64,000 nucleotides of DNA from Phoronis australis (taxonomy: Eukaryota; Animalia; Phoronida). Positions 37,736 to 50,798 of this stretch are shown piece after piece (positions within the stretch are counted from its first letter, which is position 1; every line of letters begins with the position of its first letter). Under the pieces are notes generated by a model. It had not been told where the DNA came from, searched no databases, and worked only from the letters and a program-made list of their open reading frames with translations. The stretch lies in contig NMRA01000071.1 of NCBI GenBank assembly GCA_002633005.1, positions 202,117 through 266,116 of the forward strand. The letters run 5' to 3'. Position numbers and translations under genes: made by a program.

Positions 37736-39134
37736 CTGGTGATTTCATCCAAAATCATAAACATGAATGAAGTCTGGACAGCTGTCTGGCATAGGGTTTC
37801 ATAGTGACATAGTAAACAACAACACAAGAGGTCTGGATGAGTCACAGCTGCATAGTTAGACAACAGTGAGAGTGTCAGCAATGGATCAATTCCAAAAGCA
37901 ACAACTGTATTGTCATCTGCACTGTTGCACAAAGTGGAGGGAGGCAGAAAATTAAAAACATCATTTATTAAAACATTAAAATGAATAGGGTCAAGTATAG
38001 ATCCCAGGGAAACTCCTTATCCAAAATGCTAAGAGTTCAATGTTAGGTGTAGAAGTCACCGCCCACTTTCTGTGTCAAATGTAGTCAGCAATCAATACGC
38101 TCTCAATGACTAACTTAAACATCACTAACAATTGTAAGAAGAAGTTAGGGACCTTCTTGCGCATTCAGGGTAAAGTTTAATAACGCTCACATCTGGCTAA
38201 GACCTCGCTAGAAAAGTAAGATTTAGCAAGATTATGCGAGATATTGCCATGTATTTTCCATTAGAATATGTGACTGTGGCTCGATTTTTCTCACCAGGAG
38301 ACAGCTATATAACTCAACCCAGGTGAATCACATGGGTTCACACTCCTATGATGATGAAGTGCTTTCTGCTCCCAATCCATTCAGGTACACATCAAAGAGG
38401 GACCAATACTCAATAGCCACTAGTACCACCACCCTAATCACACACTACCATCTTCTTGAAATTTACACAACAGAGGGCTCTACCTGAGCAAAAATTCATG
38501 TTTTTACATCATAATTCAGAAAAACAACTCTTAGGTGGACAATATTTTCACTTTCTGTCACTACCATTTTAACTACTTCAATCATCTGGCTTTGAAACAT
38601 GTTCAAGATTTTACACATGTTTCAGGGCTTTTCAAACAGTTCAAGACACCCAAACATGGGTATAACACTCCAAACATGGGTATAACACTCCAAACATGGT
38701 ACAACACCATCTTTGAATACATGTAGTACTAACATGAATCAACGCAACAAAACATCCCCAATCTTACAATATCATAGTACCGGTATTTCAAACAATCTCA
38801 GTAAAAATAAGGCAAGTTGATATTAATAATTTCACAAAATCTACTAAGGACCCAAGATAAGTAAATCAATAATTCTGTCGCCATATTCCCCAATACAAAT
38901 TGATGCTGGCAATTCCACGAATGTATCATTTTCTTCTGTATTAAGGACACGGAGTGGTGAACAAGGAAATGTTTAGTCTTTTGTCTTCACAAAAGTTATG
39001 CCCTCTTCATTTTGAAATTCTACACCATAGTTAACATGAGATAAAAATAACAAAGGTCAATTTTGGCAAAAAATCTGATATTTGAGATTTTACAGTACAA
39101 CTCTTTCACTTAAGTCCTCGGAAAAATATACAAA

Positions 39135-41462
39135 GTACACCAGTACAACACAGGATACAGAACACACACATACAACATACGGAACACACAGACACAACAT
39201 ACAGAACACACAGGTACAGCATATGGAATCCACAGATACAACATACGGAACACAGATAGAACAGATACAACATACAGAACACACAGATACAACACACAGA
39301 ACACACAAGGGCTATACATAATGAGTTGCAGGTCGCATTTGAAACCTGAAATTTAGAAATCCAAGCTTAGATTTTGTCAGCTATCAAGTCGCAAAATGCT
39401 GAGTTATGATACTTCTCAGCAGAAACCTTGCAAATATAAAGCAACTCTTGTGACTAGGACCGTTATTTGGTTGTTGACAANCCCCCCCCCCCCATATACG
39501 CATATCGCGTGAACACGGGATAATGCAGAATAGATCTTTGATGCGTTTCAGTGGCTAACATTTTCGGCAACTTTTGCAAATTTCCGGATTCACCGAAGAA
39601 AGTTTCGGGCTTCGGCATAACACGTGATAAAACATCACAAAACAGCGGTTTTTACGTATAATTCTTAAGCGATCAACCTACCAAACTTTGTGGTGGAAAA
39701 ACGTTTATTTTTCACGTAAGATGTCCTTATTACATGTACCAAATATCCACAAAAATATCCCTGATATCGCACTGTGTCACTTGTCGGTGAAAATGACAAC
39801 CCTATTAATCACCTAACAACAGCCACGTCTTTACTTTCAGCAAAGTAGATTTTGAGTTGCCAAGAACTTCTCAAACCCTTTTACTTGTTTCTGGGGCTAC
39901 ATGATGATTCGTCTTTCACACGATGTTGCCAACGTAAAGCGTAGGCCTACTCCAGCAATTCAAGCACGTGAACTCACGTGTGTGCACCACACCCAAGCTG
40001 CACAGTCCTAAATGAAAGAGTATACCGGCATGGCTCTGATGAGCACCCAAGTACCAGTGGTTTATTTGAAAAAGAACTTAATAGATTCTTAATAGTTATA
40101 AAAGACATCTAGTAGGGGTGACTTTCTGAGTATTCCCGATATTCCAAGCTCCGATGTAACCCTGAACCTTTTTCGTGTCCCGATGTTTCCCGGGGTCAAT
40201 GTTCCCTAAACCTGATGTTCTATGCCCATAGCCAGCTATTGCAACTAAATGGGTAGATGCGAAATTGTGGTTAGCAAACTTTTTATTCTCTTCATACACC
40301 CCACCCTACCAATTTTCGCTCTCCAGACCACCATCGCGGTAAAATGTTCAGACTCCAACAGAAATAATCTTGTTCTGGCTGATGCATGCAATTAAAAACA
40401 AAATTACTCCAGGTGGCTAAAAAGGATACAGTGTAGGTGGTAACGATACCCAGAAAGTCACCCCTACTAGATGGAGTTTGCCTAGCAAAATCGTATTATA
40501 ATAATATTTCTTACCATTGTCGTCTTTCAATATCTCATAACTGAAAACACTCAGGACTATGCTCACGCACAATCCTACTTTCTTTTCTCAATATGTCGAA
40601 ACCAAACCCTGGCTTTGTTTTATACCTCCGAAAGAAAGTCAACACTACTGACATGTGTCTCATTTTCTGACTGACCTATTTTTCCTGTACATGGAAGGTA
40701 CTACAGTATTGAGGCGCAAACTCGAATTACCCAATGGCGATTCGTTTCATGGAAACATAATTGTTGAGTATGTAAACAGCATAAGCCCACATTTCTGTTG
40801 TGAAATTTGCACTGAACTGTTCCTGCGCATCCAAATACGTTCGTCATTCGGTTACGGCATCGCTTTCGACTGGGCGTTTTTCAAACGTCGAGTCAACTTG
40901 CAAAATTTGGGCTGTGAACAAAAAATGGAGGGAGCTTGCACTCCGAGTTAGTTTGGATCTTTAACGACTTTGATGACAGCCATATAGCAGGTCATACCTA
41001 GCAAAATCGTGGATACTTTTTCAACGGGTATTTTCTCCCTTTTCACATTGCAAACTAAGCTACTCCAATGCACGTGTCAGTTAGAGAGCACCCATTCAAC
41101 TTTCGCGACGGCAACTAACTTTGTGCTCTAGAGCCTTTCCAATGACGGTCATGAAAAACCGTAACGCCGTACCTGCATGAACAAACTCAATTTTGCGATC
41201 TAAAATTTGTGAGTATTTAATGATGCAGGTAAGAGTATAATCTAAACATTTTCTCGATGATCTAAAAATCAAATTTGGCGTGTAAAATTGCGGGAAAATT
41301 TCGAGACCTGGCATTGATGAATGCAAGCTAGATTTTGAAAATGCGACCTAGGATTTTGGCAAGGTCGCAAAATGCGACCTGGCGATTTAATAGCGTCAAG
41401 CCCTGCACACAGATACAACATACAGAACACACTGATACAACATACAGAACACACTGATATGA
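39135..41462. repeat. 22-bp minisatellite (atacaacatacagaacacacag) split by a hAT5-like insertion
   Basis: Units at 39135-39306 and 41406-41462. Confidence 0.85.
39307..41405 (-). mobile_element. Second copy of the hAT5-like element, inverted, 5-bp TSD CACAC
   Basis: Collinear reverse-complement homology to 12681-14869; ends ...gcgtcaagccctg; CACAC at 39302-39306 and 41406-41410. Confidence 0.85.
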
Positions 41463-41834
41463 TATAACAGAATCGGTTATTCTTTATTACATTCTCTGAG
41501 CAGAACATCAGTAATATATAGTGACCTAGAGCTTGTAGTGAAACCACACCCATAATTTCTAATCAGACTGGCACAACCTGTTGTTAATAAGAAGTGGATT
41601 TCAACAGTCAATCAGACACCAGGTGTTACCATATAAGGCAACACGAATGTCACTTGAATTTCAATTGCTTTCCAGTTTTATCAAATTAAGAGCATACATT
41701 TTAAACAGTGTAAAAATAAACTTTAACTACAATATATAAAACTGTAAAAGAAAACGACGATATTAATATACCACCAAACATAAACTGAGAAAACTGATAT
41801 CTTGCAGTAACCTAGCATGAGATTTAGAGATATA

Positions 41835-42192
41835 TACCGTACACCCAGGTGTACAGGCATACACCCAGGAGTGCACAGCTACTCCCAGGAATAGACGAAT
41901 ACACCCAGGTGTACAGAGATACACCCAGGTCTATAGGTATACACCCTGGTGTAGAGGGATATACCCTGGTGTAGAGGGATATACCCTGGTGTAGAGGGAT
42001 ATACCCTGGTGTAGAGGTATACAAGACGTGAAAACAAATACACCCAGGCGTACAGGGATATACTCTGGTGTGGGGCGATACACCCAGGTGTACAAAGATG
42101 CACCCAGGTCTACAGGGATATACCCTGGTGTAGAAGGATATACCCTGGTGTAGAGGGATACACGCAGGTGAAGACAGATACACCGAAGTGTA
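41835..42192. repeat. 20-bp minisatellite (ataccctggtgtagagggat / tacacccaggtgtacag..)
   Basis: Period visible directly. Confidence 0.9.
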
Positions 42193-42199
42193 CTCCAGT

Positions 42200-44545
42200 T
42201 CGTGCTACAGCGACAGCGCCATCTAACCCATTACACTGAAGTCACTATGTTGACGACACATTTGTAGTCATCCATGAAACTGCTATAGATGAATTCACCA
42301 AACACCTGAACAGTCTAGATCCATCCATTCGATTTACCTGGAAACTCGAACAAGATGGCACTCTCTCCTTCCTCCACTCTCATCCAACTACACAATGATG
42401 GTTCAATCTCCACTTCCTTTCAGCACAAGCCTACGCGCACTGATCAGTATCTCAGCTTCGCATCAAATCATCTGTCTCTATCAGTAGTACGGACTCTACT
42501 CAATAGAGCCGAGAAACTTGTTTCTGATGACAACAAAAGAGAAGCTGAGGGTCATAACATGAAACGAGCATGGCGTGCCAACAGATGTCGTGACTTGTCT
42601 CCTCGTTTCACAATTTCGACCACAAGGTGTGGGAGGAGTAATGTGTACATCTCACTAGTTGGTTGTCATCCACGTAAGATTCCAAAATAACCAATGAAAC
42701 TAAAATACCCTCTTCAGTTCAAGATAAGATAAACACCCACGTAGTCACATGCATCATGCCGCAGAGACAATAGTATAAGTATAGTATAAAGGTGGAAGAC
42801 ATTGACAGTAGGGGTTGAAATGTGCAGTCTACAGTCAGTAACATAAGTAAAGACTTCTAATTTTAAACTAACGGCAGTTTTTTCCGACCATGGACATTTG
42901 CAATCTTAGATTCCAATGTTCGATGTACATAACGAGGAACCACCACGACAGAGTGACCCCCTTTGGAACCTTTGACCATCAACTTCCGTGTGCGTATTCC
43001 CTATGTAAGAGGATTTTTCGAAAAGATTCAGACCATCTATCGCAGACACAACATCAAGTCGTTTTACAAACCATTTAACATTATTCGGTCCATCCTCCCA
43101 ACAGTGAAAGACTGTCACTCCCCCTAAAGAGCTGTGGTGTGATCTACCAATAAAAGTGTGGTGAGAGTACTGACAACTACATCGGTGAGACGAGTCGCCA
43201 GTTCTACATCACCAGATCTCTGACGAGAACTTCAGTATACGAAGACCACACCAGGGAAGTGGAAGTGCAGGGTAAGTGAAGCAACTGAGATCCAAGTCCA
43301 CAGACCTAGTCTCGGGCCTTTATGCAGCATACATCCTGGGCATCCATTTGGACGCCCTAACACTAATCTGGAAGCCTTTGCAAGGATGCCCAATGTATCA
43401 TTTCAACACCCTGTCAATAAGAATTTCTCCTTTGGAGGACCACAGATTACTAGGACACCCCAGTTAATGAAAGAGAGAAGTTGGCCCTTTCAACTCAAAA
43501 ATAAATCTACAATGTATATAAATGTATACAAATTGTTACAGTGTTCAAACTATTTCACAGTATTTAGTAGACCTGTCAATCATAAGCACCTGTTTGGTTG
43601 CCAGAGTGTCTCTCCTTTCAGTGGTCACTGCAATTCAGCACTTTATACAGGGACACGGACCTTGGTTAACTCCAAACTGGTGTTTCAGAGCTGTAGTTTA
43701 ATGTTTTTCATCTTTTTAAAAACATCAAAAGCGAAATAAACATCATTATTTTAATATTATGATGTGCCACAAGAATATCCCCATTTAAAATGTTTGAGTT
43801 TGCGCCCGTTTCATGCTTTCCTATGAGTGTCTAAAATGGAGCAGCAGTGACACCTGTTGCCAAAATATAAACCACACATCATCTGTGCATTTTTCTTGTG
43901 TTGGTAACTACAGCTTTGATGACTCATTGTACAGAATATAAAGTTAAGATGATATGATAAACTTTTATAACAGTAATTTGCACTCATCATTTAACCAATA
44001 TCTGTAATATCTGTAATACCTGTTTGGTTAGCTATTTGGCTGTTTTCGTAAATTTAGACATAAAAGTCTTGATCCAAACAGTTTTTTTAGTAAAAAGCTC
44101 ATTATAAGAGAGCTGTTTTTGAAAACTTAGATGTAAAAGCCTTGTTCAACACATTTTTTGTAAAAAAACCTCTGTGTGTGGGAGAGGGGGTTACTGGTGA
44201 ATGGTGGTGGGGAGGGGGTTACTGGTGAATGGTGGTGGGGGAGAGTGGGGGTAATGCGTCATTGGAATCAATTGGACGCCCTGGAATATTGGGAACTCCA
44301 TTTTGGACACCGTATTTTCAAAATCCTGGATAAAGCCCTGCCTAGTCTTAACAGAGATCCGGGACTTGATCTACAAACAGTGTATTCCGATCTGCAACGG
44401 GATTCACTCTGACATCAGGGAATCCCTATTACTGTTTTTATCACTTTATTCTACAACAACAGAGGGCACACCCGGTGGTGAATCAAGTCTGTGAGATACA
44501 TACGAAACGACTGTACACTTTCCACATCAAGGTATGGTTCCCTGG
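42200..44545 (+). mobile_element. Penelope-like retroelement remnant (RT + GIY-YIG), interrupted by insertions
   Basis: YVDDTFVVIH..EFTKHLNSLDPSIRFT..EQDGTLSFL; HKPTRTDQYLSFASNH; IPYVRGF; CGVIYQ..C..YIGETSR; C-terminus IQVHR|PSLNRDPGLDLQTVYSDL split by the 43313-44340 element. Confidence 0.88.
43313..44340. mobile_element. Non-autonomous hAT element, 8-bp TSD CCTAGTCT
   Basis: Imperfect TIR cgggcctttatgcag / ctggataaagccctg; TSD at 43305-43312 and 44341-44348. Confidence 0.8.
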
Positions 44546-45909
44546 TTTACTAATTATTTTCAATTCAATCTCTATAAAATAAAAATCCTACTTTGAAAAT
44601 TTAATCCAACGGCCTAAATTTAATCCCTGTCATACAAATTATTCAATCCTATTATAGAAATTCAATGTTATTTTATAAATTCAATCCTGATTAGAAAGTT
44701 TAGAGCAACTTGACAAAAAATCAATCTGGTTTCACAGATTCAAAGAATCAAATCAAGGCTGGCTGTTTTGGGAGTTCAATCCTCCCTGCGATTAACAAAA
44801 CTATATTACGAAACAAATCAATCCTGTTTTGAGAGCTCAATCCTAGTGGCTATTAATGAAACTAATTCTGTTACAAAACGAAGTTGATTATGTTTAGAAA
44901 ATTTAATCCTGTTGGCGATTAACAAAACAAACTTCGATACCAAAATTGAATATCATATTGGTGGAGAACAAAACTGATGTCATGTGATTAGAAATGTTAA
45001 CACTGGGCTCATAAAGCCTTTATGTAATTACTGATGGCTCTACATCCTAAACTCTTTGTTTAGGCTATGTAAACAATTTCCACATTATCAATCATAATAT
45101 TGATGCACTAAAAGACAAACTTGTAAAAATGTCAATGTGCATTGTTTAATTAGGTCAAGTTCACTAATTTATTTTAGGGCAATTCCGTGAAAAGGTCAAC
45201 ATCAACACAAAAAAAATAAAATTGTGACTACACTAAAATTTCTCGTCTCATCTGAAAACTCAGTCTCTCGTAGTTTGAGGATCCATATTTGACTGTCCTA
45301 TAACTTTCAATTTTTGACTGAATGAACCCATTTTTGGGGTCACTTGACCTTAAAACATCAACTTGATTTTCATGTGTGTTGCTAGTTATTGTCATAAATA
45401 AGGCAATTATGGATTTTTCACTATATTGTCAATTTTGTGCAATCATATGAAGCCCAAACTTTATAAAAAATAACATTTCAGCTTTGGCACATCATTGATC
45501 TCTTAGGGTCAACGGCTAACTAATGAATATCATGGTGCTGTACGTCGGTCACAAAAAGTGCTAAAAAGTTTAGTTACGTAAAAAATTTATCCAAAATTAA
45601 AATAATTTCATAATCTCTTTTAACTTGTTACTCAATACTATTGACCAAAACTTTAGATCCCAGGGATTATTCGTTAAGTCAGAAATTGCGTGTTAGACGT
45701 ACGTCAAATTTGTACATCAGTCACGTACGTTCGTCACACCTATAAATTTACAATTTTTCAGCCAATAAAAGTAACCTTAGGCCTTATTTTTACTTTCTAA
45801 ACTTGCAGAGGATAAAATAAGAACCTTAAAATGATTACACAGCCTTCAAATTAAAAAAGAAGTTTATACAGATTTAAACTTGATGCATGGTTCTTTTGCA
45901 ATTTCAAAG

Positions 45910-46150
45910 GTATTTGCAGAACAGTTATAGTTCACAATTGCAATCTACTTATTTGCAGAACAGTTATAGTTCACAATTGCAATCTACTTATTTGCAGAAC
46001 AGTTATAGTTCACAATTGCAATCTACTTATTTGCAGAACAGTTATAGTTCACAATTGCAATCTACTTACTTGCAGAACAGTTACAGTTCACAATTGCAAT
46101 CTACTTATTTGCAGAACAGTTATAGTTCACAATACTGAAATCTACTTATT
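45910..46150. repeat. 39-bp minisatellite, 6 copies
   Basis: tatttgcagaacagttatagttcacaattgcaatctact; explains ORF 45887..46138. Confidence 0.97.
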
Positions 46151-46339
46151 CCTAGCACAATTCAACTTATTAATATCAGACAGTATTTAACACAGGAGTT
46201 TAAGAGCTGGATGAAAAGATAACCATGTTAATCACTAAATACAGACCAGCATCTGATAGCTCTACAAATTCCCAAATCATAATTCTAAATGCACTTACCA
46301 TTTAAAATGTCTTGTTTTCACACTGGAAGACAGCACCAT

Positions 46340-46599
46340 AGCTATTTTAGTAAAATGATCACTACAAGAGACCTGTTTTTGTAAACTTACATGTAAGAGC
46401 CTTGTTCAATGCATTTTTTGTAAAAAAACCTCTGTGTGTTGGGGGAGGGGGTTACTGGTGAATGGTGGTGGGGAGGGGGTTACTGGTGAATGGTGGTGAG
46501 GGAGAGTGGGGGTAATGCGTCACTGGAATCATGGACTCCCTGGAATATTGGGAACCCCATTTTGGACACCGTATTTTCGAAATCCTAGGTAAAGCCGTG
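46340..46599. mobile_element. Partial second copy (right end) of the 43313-44340 hAT element
   Basis: High similarity to about 44085-44340, including the G-rich gggggttactggtgaatggtggtg doublet. Confidence 0.8.
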
Positions 46600-48093
46600 G
46601 GTCCCACTCACTATAATGTGCAATATATACATGTATCTGTGAATGGATAACTTAGCAAAAATAAACTCCCAAAGAAGACAATTAGTTTTATTACCCACCA
46701 GTATTGAAATTCCGATACACAAGCCACTTTCGAGCAATGGCAGGACTCAATATGACACATTTACAATCGAGAACTAACATAGTTTTAACATTTTCTTAAC
46801 TAAAGCCTACATGGACAAGGCAACTGGCAGGCTCCGCACATATCAGTTTTTAACAATGCATACACCGGTAATTAAGCAATTGTGAGAAACTAGGCAGTCC
46901 CAGTTATTCCCAGTCACGTTTGCTCATTCATCGAAAGCGACTGGCAGTGACTGAATTGTAACCATTGAAGATTATACTAGGAAGTGCCTGTAAACCAATG
47001 ACTTACATACAGTGCATTTGCCACTGTATTTGGGTTGTGATATACTTTCCATCAGTAAATATATGGTATAGATTATTACATGTTCTCAGTCATTATCCCC
47101 TGTATAGACCTAATTCACGCAGCAAACATTAAAATCTGAAGCGAGGCTCACTGCGATAAACAAAGCGGAAGATGACATTGCGTGAGTTAAATGGCTGGTC
47201 TTTCGAGTCCAATCTCGATATTAAATCTTAAAAATGTGTCCATAATTAACCACAGAGACGTAGAAAAATACATTGGAGAACAAGTCAATGCACCAAAGAG
47301 TTGTCTGACGAAAGGGTATAAGTTATTTCGGAAAACTAGGTTCAAATCATGAAAAGTAAATATGGCCAAATTGCGGCAATCGTGTTACGGATTAGGTATT
47401 ATGCTGATTTCTTCTTGTAAATTGTTGATAAAAACGCTTTCTACACGAACCACGTCATCTGCTTGGATTTTTGACGAGCTGAAGATATATTCGATAGTGG
47501 TGGCTCATCGCACTTTGCTGTCATGTACAAGTCACATCTGGTTTAATTTGTTGATCAAGAATATTACCGTACTCGTCCGCGTTACCGCCCAGGACGCTTA
47601 AATTGGGAATCTAAAAAAACAGGGGGTGGGCGGTAAGCCGAGCACGGGCGATTAAATTCGAAATTTTTGAAAAGTCGGGCGTTGTTGCTTAGTGCACGGA
47701 GGATCGATTTTACCCTGAAAATTTAAACAAAATGGAAAGAAAGTGAATCTATAAATTAAGGTTTAGCAACTATTGTAGCTTACTACACATTTTATCATGC
47801 TAAGCTTCAACCGAGAAAATATTGTCTGCTAAAGTAGATTGCCACTGGTAACTGAGTATAATGCTCAAGTCGAAGGATCCCGACGACACGATACCCGAAT
47901 TCAAATTGGAGATCGGTGATTTACAAGTGAGAGAAAATGAGAGATAAATTTCCCTGAATTAGAATATCGCTTTTAAGGAAATTATGCGTCTTATTTTTCA
48001 AAGCGTATAAATGTCGGTACAATGCCCTTTGTGGAACAATCGATTATTGCACGTGCTCATTTAAGTATTCTATTTTCACATTCGATCACGTCA

Positions 48094-48166
48094 GACGCTG
48101 AGTGGTGCAGTGGTAAAGTCGACGACTCGAAACTCTTGCGGAGCAGGTTCGAAATCAGCCTCGATT
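48094..48166 (+). other. tRNA-derived sequence (SINE head or tRNA pseudogene)
   Basis: A-box-like TGGTGCAGTGG and B-box-like GGTTCGAAATC at tRNA-like spacing; stems do not pair well. Confidence 0.45.
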
Positions 48167-49047
48167 CCTGCCAAAATGTTATCTCAACAGTGAAATAACT
48201 AAATGGGTTATTACAAGTTTGTATTGGCCCTTTGAGGCTGATATTGTGGTATAATCCTTTTTATGCAATAGACCAGTTTTCTTTTGATACAATCCTTAAG
48301 ATCAAGTTTTTAGTAAATATCCACATTTTAACGGGAGCATCGTCCATAGAATCGGTCCAAGCCATAGACATCAATCACATTAAATCATTATGATGTTTAT
48401 GGTCCAAGCATTTGCCATTTTGTTGTTCTAGTGTAAAATTAGGTCACAAAGTCGTTAAAAGGTCACCACTAGTTGTAGCGAGGCGTACATTGGAGTAGAC
48501 AAGCGAGACTGAGTGGAACCAGTGGCAAGAAAGTAGAACATGTGCAACTGACAGCAACCAAGTGATCAGCTGTACACCGTCAGTGGTAACAAGATGCACA
48601 TCGGCCTAACTCGCTAACTGATCAGTTTCCGTCAGTTGCTCTCAGTTGTCAGTAACCTGTTTACAATTAGATTTGTTCAGCTTTAAGGCCGATGTAGGCT
48701 AGGCTTTAAAGGCGAAGGCAACCTTTTTCCATGTCATTTTGAGCTAAAATAAGGTTAGTTGGTTATCCTAGACATATTTTCCACTTAATTACAGCTTTTC
48801 GTAATTTTATAGATTACTCGTCCGCTACTCCGGAAGTGACGTTTCAGGAGGCAAGCGTTTTCCGCCACTCGGTTTTGCGTTGACTTTACCGTGCGAATCT
48901 GTTCTATTCTACTTTTGTTTTGTGCTGTTTTTCAACAATTGTCGACACCACTTTCCATCGGCGAGTATTCTGCGGCAAGATAGGTTAGTAGAGAACTCAA
49001 CTAACGTTGGATTAAGGGAATGTTTAGTGTGTTGTCACAAGCTGAAA

Positions 49048-49310
49048 ATGGCTGGAGTCGGTGACCCATATCAGTGACAGTAGTGTGAGTGACGGAGACC
49101 TTGTTCACAGCAGTGGTGACGAGGAATTTTTTCACGGACATTCAGTGGGTGGGTACATGTTTGAGCCCGAGTATAATGAGGCAGAGAACGCACAGGCACA
49201 GGCAGCTGTTGAGAGAAATGAGGCGGCTACTGAGGACAGACGTGGTGCAAATGCACTGTGTGCGTTGTTATGCCTACCTCAATGGAATGCTTGTGCTGTT
49301 CAGAGTTCGT
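49048..49310 (+). pseudogene. KolX (Cys-rich Kolobok accessory protein resembling the P2X7 C-terminus) 5' remnant, frameshifted and truncated
   Basis: GYMFEPEY, then in another frame WCKCTVCVVMPTSMECLCCSE (from 49243). Confidence 0.8.
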
Positions 49311-49481
49311 CGACGAGGCCAAGCCACTACTGGACATGGTTAAGTGGACCTACGGCATACCACGGACCGAGGAACAACTGTCCCACTTGCCAGAGTGTAA
49401 CGCGACACACTCCCACTGGATGGTGACCTGAGCACCAAAACTACTTACATCGTGTCATGTGACTCCCTCGCCACACACCTG

Positions 49482-50129
49482 TCACCTTCTAAATAGCTCC
49501 AACACTTTAGACAAGTCCACAATAAACTTATCAAAGTTTGGCTCACCGATCTGGTCACTGGACGACGAACTGTCCTCTTCACTGGGTGTCGAACTGAGCC
49601 TGTAATCACTCCCACTACTCAATATCGCTGCAGGGCTGCTTAGAGGCTCTGGGCTGGAGAAAACAGCACAGGGCGAATCACTACTGGTTCCAGGAATTGC
49701 ACGCTCTGGGGTACGTTCGGAGGCACGGGTGACAGTAGATGAAGTGCCTCCACTGGCTCCAGTCACTGTACTGGCCACAGCTCGCGAGGCTTCTCGCTTC
49801 AAATACGCACTTCTCGGGGGTGGCGACGGGACACTGCCGGGAATCAACACAGACCGAATGACAACCTTCTTCAGACGTTGTTTCGCAGGAACCTTCATCA
49901 GTTCAGCGTACAAATCCCTTTCGTAATCGGACGGCAGAAAGTGCTTGCCACACACACGGTAATTCTCCACTGCTTTGTACGTTGCGTGGACGGGTAACGC
50001 TGCGTTCTTCACACGAACGAGCCAAGTACGGCGAAGTGTGTCATTCATTGGAAAGCAATGCAAAGGTACTCCCAAAGCGCGCGTGAGTCGATAATTAGTA
50101 CATCCTGGTACGCAGCAACAGTGTGGCAT
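49482..50129 (-). CDS. Truncated Kolobok transposase: intact THAP zinc-finger domain + Ser-rich linker, 215 aa, no DDE domain
   Basis: MPHCCCVPGC...LHCFP...W...VCGKHF (C2CH THAP signature); degenerate continuation QVC..WEC..H..W beyond the stop. Confidence 0.7.
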   Translation of the reverse strand: MPHCCCVPGCTNYRLTRALGVPLHCFPMNDTLRRTWLVRVKNAALPVHATYKAVENYRVCGKHFLPSDYERDLYAELMKVPAKQRLKKVVIRSVLIPGSVPSPPPRSAYLKREASRAVASTVTGASGGTSSTVTRASERTPERAIPGTSSDSPCAVFSSPEPLSSPAAILSSGSDYRLSSTPSEEDSSSSSDQIGEPNFDKFIVDLSKVLELFRR

Positions 50130-50798
50130 GTTGACTGACTAGTAAATGAAAGCAAGCGACGACGGAACTTAACACAACTTAGGTAGAACAATGACTGACT
50201 CGGCAGCTCTCACAGTGAGACTATATGAAAAGAAATTGGCGCGAAATGCTTGCCTCCTAAAACGTCACTTCCGGAGTAGCGGACGAGTAATTAATAAAAT
50301 TACGAAAAGCTGTAATTAAGTGGAAAATATGTCTAGGATAACCAACCAACCTTATTTTAGCTCAAAATGACATGGAAAAAGGTTGCCTTCGCCTTTAAGG
50401 TTACATGGAGTCTAACAGACAGGTCAGCGTATTTAGTTAAACATATATAAAATTATAGAAAGTATTTTCTGGAAGTAAAAAGCATGAAGAATTTGATTAC
50501 TTGGCGAAATAGAAATTTTACCAAGTATGTTGCTATGACGCTACTTGACAATTTCCATCCCACCTGCACAAAATTTGCACACAAGCTGTATCGCCAGACC
50601 TGGAAGCCTATTGTTTTTGGTCATAATCGGATTGAAGATGGTGGATGTGATGGCCATTTTGTTTTCAAATTCAGATTCAAATGCTCTTTGAGGCCTATTT
50701 ATGAAAATCTGTACAATTATTGTACCAAATGTGTTCTACAGATGTGCCAAAATCATTCACTTCTGGTCAAAGATGGTTGTTGTAACAGCCGTGCACTA

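Larger units (their letters stand above)
48710..50394. mobile_element. Internally deleted Kolobok transposon (TTAA TSD, TIRs of about 147 bp) with convergent KolX and THAP-transposase remnants
   Basis: ttaa|AGGCGAAGGCAACC...GGTTGCCTTCGCCT|ttaa; near-identical TIRs; two inward-pointing ORF remnants. Confidence 0.92.

Noticed and set aside
39082-39321. Cys/Val-rich and Thr/His-rich ORFs
   Set aside because: Low-complexity CA-rich 22-bp repeat
48094-48166. Functional tRNA gene
   Set aside because: A and B boxes are present but the acceptor, anticodon and T stems do not pair convincingly; tRNAscan-SE would settle it
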